Below are positions 48,001 through 58,160 of a stretch of DNA of 64,000 bases, piece after piece (the first letter of the stretch is position 1; every line of letters begins with the position of its first letter). The stretch is taken from NCBI GenBank assembly GCA_010093605.1, contig MU004184.1, positions 1,808,801 to 1,872,800 of the forward strand, in the 5' to 3' direction. The stretch comes from Lophium mytilinum. Taxonomy: Eukaryota. The position numbers and the translations under genes were made by a program. The notes below the pieces were generated by a model. The model saw only the letters and a program-made list of their open reading frames with translations. It was not told the origin of the DNA and did no database searches.

Positions 48001-49089
48001 ATCAGCTCTTGAGAGAAGAGATGAAACCCTCCGCTCAATCTGTGTGGCCTTTGGATATGCCAGAACCCTCAGTTGTTGGCAAGCGTCTCCACCAATCGAT
48101 TATAGCCAACAGAACGACAGTGCTGCTTAACTTTTCGAAGTTGAATTCGGCAAATATCAACCTTGTTCAATCCCGATGGTGCTCAGGACAAGATCCGTAC
48201 CTCTTTATGGATCGCTGGGAGAAGCTCCTTGCCAGAATTTGCGGCGCCCCCAGAATTGACCCAGCTCAAATCGTTGAACTTTATAACAGTCTCAAGTTTG
48301 ATGCTGTTCACAACCGAGAATTTCTCGAGTGGTGCTTTACACCGACTGATCCAACAAGCAGCGACAGCCGCGAAGACACCATGGCCAACTACTCCACCCT
48401 CCACTCACGAATTCCAGCTCCCGCGCAACACCAAGACAACTCACTGAAACGACTTCATGAGCTGTGGCATCTTTGTAAAACTATGTTCGATTACATATAC
48501 CCACTGAAATACGGCACTACGAGTGGCGACAAGCTAGAGATTGGTCTTCTGTACTCCCTACCACTGCTACAAGAAGTTGTCCAAGATCTGGAGGAGATGC
48601 AGGCATCTGACGACTCAAAATCCTTCTTTTATTTCACAAACAATTCCCACATGTACACTCTTCTCAATTGCATTCTTGAGGGTACTTTGAAGTCAAAGAT
48701 GGCTACAAATCAAATCCCCACGCTTGATTGTCTATCCAGCATGTGTTTTGAACTCTACGAGAGGCACTCTTCCAATTCAAGAGAATTTGAATACAGCCTG
48801 AAGATCACCCTAAGTCCAGGTTGCCACGCCTATGACCCTCTAAATACGTAAGCATAGCATCCAGCTCAACTTGATACGATACTGATTCCTCGTAGTGTGG
48901 TTGATTCCCATCATGCAATCTTCAGTGCACCCCGAAGGGACTTGACAGGGCACATCGACTGGAAAGAAGCAATAGAAACGCTTCGTGTTTCAATCCAAAG
49001 GTACGTCTAATCAAGCACGGTCTCGGTACTAAAAGGTCTCAAGCTAATATCTATTTAGAATGAAGCTGCCTAAGTCGTTCATGACCTAG
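42021..49089 (+). CDS. NLR-like protein: patatin phospholipase - degenerate NACHT - NACHT - helical region - Vip1/Asp1 (PPIP5K) pseudokinase/pseudophosphatase; ~2246 aa
   Basis: Exons 42021-42466, 42537-43126, 43232-43960, 44008-48847, 48896-49000, 49059-49089. All introns are GT-AG with branch sites, and the coding total of 6741 nt is in frame. Patatin DGGGVR, GTSTG, DGA. NACHT GKPGSGKS (44154-44177) and IDALDE. PPIP5K GVCALDSKARSKP...WPPCDFLISFFSGGFPL...RNTHGKEIRY...LSPGCH...KLPKSF. Confidence 0.9.
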
Positions 49090-49473
49090 TCGGAGCCAGC
49101 ATTTGGCGCCTCGCCTCATCGTTTGCCTCACATTTCTTCTGCTTGACTCAGCGAACAAGTCCTGAATTCTAAGCCAGACTTAGAGTGGTGTACACGCCTC
49201 ATCTCACCCTCGCGGAACGCTCACGTTGACTTTCCCCTTTCAAATCCTTATAGGACTCATCCCAAACTACTCGCCGGTGCTATCAACCTTCGTCTCTTCG
49301 CATTCAATGCTTGCTCAATTCCCAGGCAAACCGAGCCTAGACTCAGGCTGGCAGATTGCTGGAATGGGAAAGCTGGAAAGTAAAAAGAGTGCTACACACG
49401 GACTGCATGAGCTACCATCATTGATACTGGTCGTGAACCGTCGAACGATATTCAATAATCAGAAAGTAGCTAT

Positions 49474-50342
49474 TTACAATTTCTGAGAGCTGAACATGCG
49501 AAGGACAGCGTTCATAACGAGGACTATCGCGCTCTCGAACAGGTAGATTCTAATATGATTAACGTGAAAGAAGAGTAACGGTAGTATGAGAACTGATCCG
49601 ATAAGGTGAATCTTATAAAACCACCAGTAATCTCTGCGACGGAAGAGTCCAGTGGAAGTAACTCCAAGAGTGAAAAGAATAGCAGCGCTGATTAAAGCAA
49701 CTACGATGTTCGAATGCCGAATACTTGTCCAAAACATGTCTATTTGCACAAAGAAGATGCTGTAGAGTGATATGTGGATAGCGAAGAAGGCAATGATAAT
49801 CTTTCCAGTGACCTTATGTACCGACATATTCAGTGCGTAGGATCTCTTTGATAGGAGCTGAAGAGGTGAATATGGATGCGGCATAGCGAGGAGGTAGTGC
49901 ATCGGTAATTGGGAGGCTGCGATGAGACCAAATCGCTTAGTGAGGTGCAAGTAATCTATGCTTGTCAGTGTTTAGTCTCTAATCTAGGATAGGAGCTTAT
50001 GGTACCAGGCGCGGTCTCGGCGATGCACAAGAATCCCAGCCATGAAGTCCAGGCTAGTCCGAATATCCATTGTCCATACGTGCCATATCCCCTGCCCACA
50101 TTTACGCCCAATTTGAAGTATAGGCTTCTTGCAATACGAGCCAGAACGGCTACGCTGCCTTTCTGAGATTTTCCCGCGAGCTTGCTGACTGGGATCGAAG
50201 CAGCGAAATTGCAGAACAGGATGATTAGGTGAACTATAAGTTGCGAGATCTGTGCTATATTCGCGTACTGATCTAATCGAATACGTCGCTGCACGATGAG
50301 CTCAGGCGTTCTTGCAAGAAATTCGTACACAAGATAGCTCAT
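49474..50342 (-). CDS. Ferric-reductase-like transmembrane (heme b) domain only; no FAD/NADPH domains
   Basis: Two exons (intron ~50005-49958). DYLHLTKRFGLIAASQLPMHYLLA; His pairs VHKVTG...IHISLY and KIHLIG...FFHVNH; stop directly after the last TM helix. Confidence 0.75.
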
Positions 50343-50927
50343 GGTGATAGGCTTTGTTGTTTATTTCGTGAACAAGCGTGAAATGTGGGAGGTAGGAGAG
50401 CAATACTACAGGCAACATGTCTTGTATTTATACTAGTATCGAGCTCGTATACTGTAGACTCATTAATAATGCTTTGGTTTATACTGCCTTATTTCCGAGA
50501 ACTGTAATCACAATCTCGCGGATACCTCTATTAAGCTGCGTTGGGTTGAAGGTTAGACGAGGAATTACGGCACCAGTCCATATCTGGTATGGGATTGACC
50601 TTACGAGTTCTTGAGCCCCACAAGCCGCGCGGGAAGGTCCACCAAGCTTTAGGCCCGCGCGCAATGTCGCACTCTATCGTGCATGTAACCCGCAATGGGA
50701 AGTTTCCTCTTTCCCGCGCGGAAGACGTTTGTAATCAGTATCCTCTTGTCTAAAGAAGAGGAGGTCGGGCAGCTAGGTTATTCGCTCTGATAGGAGGGAT
50801 TTTAGACGGACTTCTTTTAATCTTCACGCTGGTTCATCTTGAGCAGAATAAGTCTTCATATTCTGCATCGATTGCTGGCCGCATACTAACTAGTGCTGCA
50901 TGGCGCACTACCACGGTGGTAGTCCAT

Positions 50928-51675
50928 CTAGAACTTAACGTAACCCTGCCCTTTGACAAAGGTAGCGTGCCATGGCACCTCTCCCTCTCCGCTTGCGAGC
51001 TGAGCGAAGAAATCGGCATGCGCGTCGCCGTCAAGCTGCATGCCCTTCTGGCTGCCATCGGCATTGCGCTCATCGGCGTAAAAGAAGCTTTTTGGAGCAT
51101 TAGTCATGATCCATCTCCTCTTCAGATCAAAGTTGAACTCACCGGTAGCCAAGCTTAGAGTACTGAGCGTCTGCCGCGCCAATAAGATAGGCAGAGGCCG
51201 ACTTGCCAATGCCCAAGGTCACCGTGAGCAGTATCGGGCCGATCCCAGTGTTCTGCTTGTTGCCCGTGTAGATAAACACCTTCTTAGCGTCCTTCGCGAG
51301 GGTCTCCCAGCCCTTGACAGCTTCCTGGGCAGCCGCGTAGACAGACACGGTGTTGGTGTTGAGGTTGGATGCAAGGCTTTCCGCCGGGATAGAGAAGAGG
51401 TCGTCACCCGCAGGCGGCGTGAAGGCTGCAGCGTTGTATACTACGACGCTCGGCGCGCTTTGGAACTCTGCCTTTACGGCATCGAAGACTGCCGGAATCG
51501 ATGAAGGGTTAGACAAGTCTGCTTTGACAGACAGATAACCCTCTGCAATTTTGCCCTCTGTGGCCTGGCGAGAAGCGATGGCCACAGAATAGCCTGTGTT
51601 CGCAAACTGTTTGGCGACCGCGGCACCGACTCTGGGACCTGAGCCGAGGATGAGGGCGACGGGCTTAGAAGACAT
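50928..51675 (-). CDS. Short-chain dehydrogenase/reductase (atypical)
   Basis: VALILGSGPRVG, KADLS, VVVYNAA, FIYTGN, LGIGKSASA and FFYADER; 1 intron. Confidence 0.85.
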
Positions 51676-51939
51676 GGTTCTGTAGCTGCTGTATAGGGGT
51701 GGGAGTATGAATAAGGTGGTTGCTGTTGCTTTGTGTAAGTGAGATGCAGCATATTCTCCGAGGCATTCATACTTATTTATACGCAGACATAGGCATTCGT
51801 AAATGCCCTCCAGTCTGACAAACATTAATGTTGGCTTCTCAACGTCTTCCTCGTTACTGAAGCATGCTTCAATTGTGCGCAAATCAGAGTGGTGGATTTC
51901 GGGCCATGAGACCCACAACCCGCGCGGGCGTCCAGTACT

Positions 51940-53757
51940 TCAGACCAATAGAGACATATACCCCAAGCTGCAGACGCACGCCGCAAAGTCTGTGTCGATA
52001 GTCAGCTCGTCTCTGCACTTCCAGACGTTCTCCATAACCTCCAGTGCCTTCCGCGCGGCTCCAAAAAGTCGATGCGGGACCAGCGCATCGGCCATGGCCC
52101 GAAAGCGGCATTCCTCCCCAGGCTCGGCCAGGCAGCCGGTCATGCAGAAGGGCCACACCATAGTCCGCAGCAGCTCGGGGGCCGGCATTTGCTCCAGCAG
52201 CGCTAGTATTCGTACCACGTTTTCCCGGACCTCAACGCTCCTGGGCTGCCACCCAGAGACCACAACGGAGAGGTAAAGCAATGCGGCATGGGCCCAGACA
52301 CGGGTGACAAATGCGGTGCAGCCGCCCGGCATAGGCGGAAAATGGTCGTTGTAGAAGGTGAACAAGCCGAGCGAGTTAGTCTTGGGCGTGGTTGCTGCGG
52401 CGTCGAGGCGCGCGAGGTTATCGAGCAGTGTCTGCTTGATTGCCGACGCGCGCGCCACAAGCTCCATCATATCGAGCTGCCCAGCCTTTTTTCTTGACTT
52501 CTTCCACGCGTCGAGCGCAACTATCTCGCCGATCTGCAACATGACCCAGTTCTCGCAGCCGATAAAGTCCTCGAGGTTCAGAGGAGGCCTCTCATCGAGG
52601 CTACCACCGTTCGTGAGAAGTCGAGCGTGATACTCGAGCAATCTAGGTGGTTCCTCCATGCATGTGCTGGCGACAATGTCGTCCGCGATCAGAAGCGCGG
52701 AGTAAAATCGGAACGCTGCTTGATCTGAGTTCCAGGCTCCGCCCTGTTGAGACGTTATAGCCCAGAGTGGCCGTCCCATATGACTCAGGACATGGTATAA
52801 AGTAGACAGCTCGCCGCGGTCGAGGACATTCTCTGCGGCCCGGAAGATCTGTCTGAACAGCGTGATAGCCGCACCAAGGTGCTTTCGACAGTTCTCGAAG
52901 TTCCCGACCGAGATCTCGAACCGTTGTAGCTGGATAATGCTTCCCATAATTCGGGAGATTTTGACTATCAGGTCTAGCGTATTGCTTGAAGCAACTTCCT
53001 GGAGGTTGTGCTGGAGCATCATAAACGTTACACCCATCTGCTTCAGAAGTTTTTCCCAAGCGAGGGTCTTGCATACGATGTGCCCCGAAATAGCGCCATC
53101 CATGGCGACTGAGACAAAGTATGTGCTGAGGCAAAGTGTGGTGTGCCACATGGCCTGATTGCCCACAACAAGCTCTATGATCCAGCTGCGCCCACCCTCG
53201 AGTAGAGGGGGCTTGTAGAAAGGGAATAGAAACGGGAAGAACTGGTCAAAGTAGAACATCATGAAGCGGCGGTCGAGCTCTGAGTCCCCCGGTTTCTCAT
53301 CAGCTGAGTTGTTTAAAGACAACATGTCGAGCCTATTCCAGGAATCTCGGTGAGCATCGCTCGGTGTTGTTTTCGTGCTAGGTCGCGTACGCGTAGAGGG
53401 CCAACCAGGACTGGAGTCTAGAGCCGGCTCGCCGTGAAAGGGCGGGCACTTTGTCGACGCACTCTGTCGGTTGAGTCCGCCCGTAGCCATCCCAGCGTCC
53501 TTGTCAAGCTCGGCGGCAATGGGTTCTAGGATATCTGTCGGCAGGGTCCCACGACGGCGCGCGGCAGCACTCTTGACATTTTGCTTGATCTCTTCGGCTT
53601 TCTCTTTCTGCCCAAATCCGCCGTCCATCCATGACGGCTTCTCGTCGCCAAAGTGGCAGGTAATCTGCAGTGTTGAGCAGTTCCTGCATACTGGCCGTAT
53701 TTCATCGCACCGCTTCTTCCTCAACCGACACGTCCAGCAGCCGTCGTAGCTCTTCAT
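51940..53757 (-). CDS. Zn(II)2Cys6 transcription factor with fungal-specific TF domain
   Basis: GCWTCRLRKKRCDEIRPVCRNCSTLQITC zinc cluster; C-terminal GCENW and WPFCMTGCLA motifs; intronless. Confidence 0.93.
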   Translation of the reverse strand: MKSYDGCWTCRLRKKRCDEIRPVCRNCSTLQITCHFGDEKPSWMDGGFGQKEKAEEIKQNVKSAAARRRGTLPTDILEPIAAELDKDAGMATGGLNRQSASTKCPPFHGEPALDSSPGWPSTRTRPSTKTTPSDAHRDSWNRLDMLSLNNSADEKPGDSELDRRFMMFYFDQFFPFLFPFYKPPLLEGGRSWIIELVVGNQAMWHTTLCLSTYFVSVAMDGAISGHIVCKTLAWEKLLKQMGVTFMMLQHNLQEVASSNTLDLIVKISRIMGSIIQLQRFEISVGNFENCRKHLGAAITLFRQIFRAAENVLDRGELSTLYHVLSHMGRPLWAITSQQGGAWNSDQAAFRFYSALLIADDIVASTCMEEPPRLLEYHARLLTNGGSLDERPPLNLEDFIGCENWVMLQIGEIVALDAWKKSRKKAGQLDMMELVARASAIKQTLLDNLARLDAAATTPKTNSLGLFTFYNDHFPPMPGGCTAFVTRVWAHAALLYLSVVVSGWQPRSVEVRENVVRILALLEQMPAPELLRTMVWPFCMTGCLAEPGEECRFRAMADALVPHRLFGAARKALEVMENVWKCRDELTIDTDFAACVCSLGYMSLLV

Positions 53758-54294
53758 TGCGATAATTAAGTGGCATGCAGTGCGGCCGTGGTGATACTCG
53801 GCGGTGAACCGTGAACGCTGATGGCTTACAGCATGGGACCAGTTCAACTTCGTATTGGTCTATTGATATTGGAATGACTAGAGCGATTCAGAAGTTGTCA
53901 ATGCGAAGCAGAAATGGCGGTCTGCTACAAGTTTCTTGTTTAAGCAGATAAGACATTGGCCCTAGTAGAATCCCTAGACTTGACTCGAAGGGCTAATGAA
54001 GGGAGAATGTTACATTGTTTAGCATTTTGAACAGCTTTGAGATGGATGCATTGTTTTGGAGAGGGGTGAGGTACAGAGCACCGCCGGGCTGACTAAGACA
54101 AGAGCTACCTTATCGATAACGAACTTCGGATAAAAAATCTATGAAGATCGTGAAACTGGTGAAACAGAAGCACCATTGAAGACAACTAAAGCGCAGACAA
54201 TATACCCTGAGATGCAACCGAGAGTCGAAGAAATGCTGCTAGCTCACATATAACATACATTGCCGCTTCACACGGCCTGAAGTACTACGCCGCC

Positions 54295-57126
54295 ATGGCG
54301 CAAAGAACGAGTATTACCACTACCTACGACGTGAGCAGGAGCATCCACCCAATATACACCGGAGGAAGCGTTGCGCTCGCCCAGGACGGAAGATGTCTTG
54401 CGACATGTGTCGACGAAGATGTATTACTTACCGACCTAGCTACCGGTGAAGAGCTTGCGCGCATTGAAGGAGTGGGTTCCAGAACTTGAGCCTCTTGAAA
54501 TTTAGAGTACTGACAATAGTGTAGGATGGAGAAGCTGTAACCACACTATCCTGTTAGTACAACCCGAAAGAAACATTCTATAGCCGGGAAGCTCATCAAA
54601 ACAGTGACCCCAAGTAACTCGCACCTAATCATATGCTCGCGATCACTCTCCATGCGAATATACTCCCTCTCTCCCACCCCAGATAACACCGGCCGGATTC
54701 GCACAGACCTTATTCGAACGTTGAAACCGCATAGCTCGCCTGTTGTGACTTCGAAGGTAGACAAGACGGGCACATTACTTGCGACAGGAGCTGCAGACGG
54801 CACCGTGAAAGTCTGGGATATCCAAGGCGGATTCGTCACACATACCCTCCATGGCCATGGCGGGGTCATTTCCTCTCTCCTATTTTTCGAGGTTGAGGTA
54901 CCTACACAAGATACCGCGAAACGGGGCAAGGACAAAAAGAAGAAGACTCAGGCGCAAGAAAATGCTGAGGGAGAGACAACGCTGGGGTATCGATTAGCTG
55001 TTGGCGCGGAAGAGGGGAAAATACGGATCTGGAATCTCCATAAACGGACCAGCGTCGCGATCTTGGAATCTCACGTCTCTGTGGTTCGCAGTCTGGATTT
55101 CTCGCCGCAGGAAAACGCACTGGTGTCTGGAAGCCGGGACAAGACTGTGATAGTGTGGGATTGCCGGACATGGAAGATACGGAGCACAATCCCAGCTTAT
55201 GAAGGCGTGGAGAGTACTGGATTCTTGCAAAATGGCACAGTGATTTATACAGGAGGCGAGAATGGGACTATCCGCTTATGGACAACAACAGGAGGTGGAG
55301 AAATCACAGTGGAACAGAAGGCCGGCATAGAGACTGATGCAATTCTGGACGTCATACACCACGAAAACCTCCCATTTCTTTTATCCGTCCACGCAGACCA
55401 AACCTTAGTCTTCCACTCCTTAGATCCACTGAAGGGCAACGCGGAAGAAGGAAAGTTGCAACCTCTGCCTATCCCCCGGCGCATATCTGGAAACCACGAC
55501 GAAGTGATCGATTTGGCGTACATTGGCCGATCTCGCAGCCTCCTAGCATTAGCGACGAACTCGGAAGACATTCGGATAATAAGTTTGGAATCCAACAGCA
55601 ATTCGGAGGACGACCCCATCGGAGGAACACATTTCGGAGCAGATGTTGCTTTACTCAAAGGCCACGAGGACATCATAATCTGCTTAGATGTGGACTGGTC
55701 TGGTCATTGGCTTGCAACCGGCGCTAAGGATAACAATGCTCGACTATGGAGGCTGGATCCCGACAGTACCTCATACACTTGTGTATCGACTCTTGTTGGC
55801 CACGCTGAATCATTGGGGGCGATATCTCTCCCACACGCGGCTCCTCCTAGAGGCACCCCTGCATTCGAAACCCCCCTTGATCATCCCCCCAAATTTCTCA
55901 TCACAGGGTCTACAGACAAGACCATAAAGCGCTGGGACACATCCAGTGCACTAAAAGGAGGTAAAAAAGCGTCGCGGGCCACATACACTCGCAAAGCACA
56001 CGACAAAGACATCAACGCCATCGACATAAACCACAACTCAACCCTCTTCGCCTCCGCATCGCAAGACCGCACCGTCAAAATCTACTCCACCGAAGACGGC
56101 GAATCCCAAGGCGTTTTACGCGGCCACCGCCGCGGCGTATGGACCGTCAAATTCGCGCCCAAGGACACTCCCTCCATCGGCTCTACCGGCAGCAAAGGCC
56201 TCATCGCCACCGGCAGCGGCGACAAAACCGTCAAGATCTGGAGTCTCGCCGACTACAGCTGCCTCGTAACGCTCGAAGGCCACACCAACAGCGTGCTGAA
56301 GCTCGTGTGGCTCGCCTACAAGCCCGTCGACGCCCGCGACAAGCGCGGCGCACAACTCGCTTCCGCGGGCGGCGACGGCCTCGTGAAAGTGTGGGATACG
56401 GCCAGCGGCGAGGTGTCGTGCACGCTGGACAACCATACCGACCGCGTGTGGGCGCTGGCCGCGAACCCGACGTCGGACGCGATGGTGTCGGGGGGTGGTG
56501 ATAGCGTCATCACGTTTTGGCAGGACACGACGACGGCGACGATGGAGGCGGTGGTGGCGGCAGAGACGGAGCGCGTGGAGCTGGATCAGAAGCTGCAGAA
56601 CTATGCGCATAAGGGGAACTACCGCGAAGCTATTACGCTCGCGCTGCAACTCAACCAGCCCGCGAGACTGCTGGGCCTGTTCAAGGGTGTCGTGGAAGCG
56701 GAGACGCAGGAAGAGGGCAGTCTGTCGGGCTTGAAGGCGGTGGATCACGTGCTGGCTAATCTGGCGGACGAGCAGCTTTTCAAGCTGCTGCTGAGGATTA
56801 GGGATTGGAATACGAACGCGAGGACAGCGCCCGTGGCGCAGAAGATACTGTGGACGCTGGTGAAGTCGTATCCGGCGTCGCGCTTTGCGAGTCTGAAGCC
56901 GACGGGGAAGGTGGATGCGAAGGGGAGTCTGCGGGATGTGCTGGACGCGCTGAAGGCATACACGGAGCGGCATTACCGGCGCGTAGAGGACCTTGTGGAT
57001 GAGAGCTACCTGCTAGACTTTACGTTGAGGGAGATGGATGAGGTTGTGGGCGGAGGAGAAGACGCGATGAACGGGCTCACCCTAAATGGTCAGGATGCAG
57101 ACATGGTGATGGTGGAGGTGGAATGA
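54295..57126 (+). CDS. UTP13: U3 snoRNP/SSU processome WD40 protein Utp13
   Basis: PIYTGGSVAL, many WD40 repeats (LATGAADGTVKVWD, GHEDII, AHDKDINAID, GHRRGVW), Utp13 C-terminal RDWNTNAR...YTERHYRR; 2 introns near the 5' end. Confidence 0.96.
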
Positions 57127-57164
57127 TAGCCTGAGAATTTATCTGTGCTTGTTTACTACGATAC

Positions 57165-58160
57165 TCATTTCTCTTCTCCGGTGCACCTTGTGATCTCCAC
57201 TCCGTCCTGTGAAACAATCGTACATTAGACGGATGAGCAGTATGAAGTGGGGGTTGGCGGAGAAACTTACCGGCTCACCAGTCGGCTCGAAGCTATGGTT
57301 GATCCGACTCTCATACACGAGATTCGGGTTCCCCTTCGACGTATGCTCTAGCTCTGCTTGCCCAAGCCGCTTCGCGTACTGCTGCGCCGTCCGCCCAGGG
57401 AACCGCGGATCCACCCCGTCGCCCACAACCGGGCCCTGCTTCGCTGCCTCTCTCTTCTCTGCCACACTGCTGCGGACATACTCCAGATACGGCGGGTTGC
57501 CAGGCGTGATGACATTATCAGCAGCAAGCACCGAACCGGGTGTGATCAGCTTTAGCTCCTCGCATAATTTGAGATCGGTGGTGTAGGCCGGCTTGTAATG
57601 GTCCAGGAACATGAGATCGATGTGCTTTAGCTCTCCTGATGCGTGCAGCCTGCTGATTGAAGCGTCGCTGGAGCCCACGACTACTTTCACCGTGTCTGAG
57701 AGGCCGGCTAGAGCGACGAGGCACATGATGACGGCTGCGAATTCGGGATTGCGCTCCAGACTGATGTATCTGGAGCCAGAGCTTCCAGAGCGACGCACGG
57801 CGTCGCCGAAGAGGATGCAGGAGTAGCCGCAGTAGCCGCCTAGTTCGACCTGGTTTCCTGTTAGTAAAGGGTGTATCATGGCTGCAATCGTGCGCGCCTG
57901 ATGCTTACCATAGTCTCTGGCTTGGCTTCTTCGATGAGGTCGGTGACGATCTTGCCCTTGGCCTCGCCAACGTTCATGAGGTACTTTTTTGTTCGGGCGA
58001 ATTCGTCTATGGCTTGGAGAACGCGCTGTGGAGAGCCGCGGATTTCGTCAATGTCGGGCTTGTTGTGGATGAAGTGGAGGAGCTCGACTTCGCGGCCGTC
58101 ATCGAAGAAGACGTCGCCTTCTTTTTTGACATAGGCGTTTCTCTCGTCGAAAGAAGGCAT
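57165..58160 (-). CDS. COMT: Catechol O-methyltransferase
   Basis: YLMNVGEAKG, ELGGYCGYS SAM-binding motif, FLDHYKPAY, GSVLAADNV, PGNPPYLEYVR and DGVEIT; 2 introns. Confidence 0.92.

Noticed and set aside
43974..48851. Calling the 1625-aa ORF the ordinary VIP1 gene, or two genes merged by annotation
   Set aside because: Catalytic residues of both Vip1 domains are substituted, NACHT and PPIP5K share one stop-free exon, and the upstream exons splice in frame.
54110..54119. TTATCGATAA palindrome upstream of UTP13
   Set aside because: Plausible promoter element, but short and also present at ~22065 with no clear gene link; not enough support.
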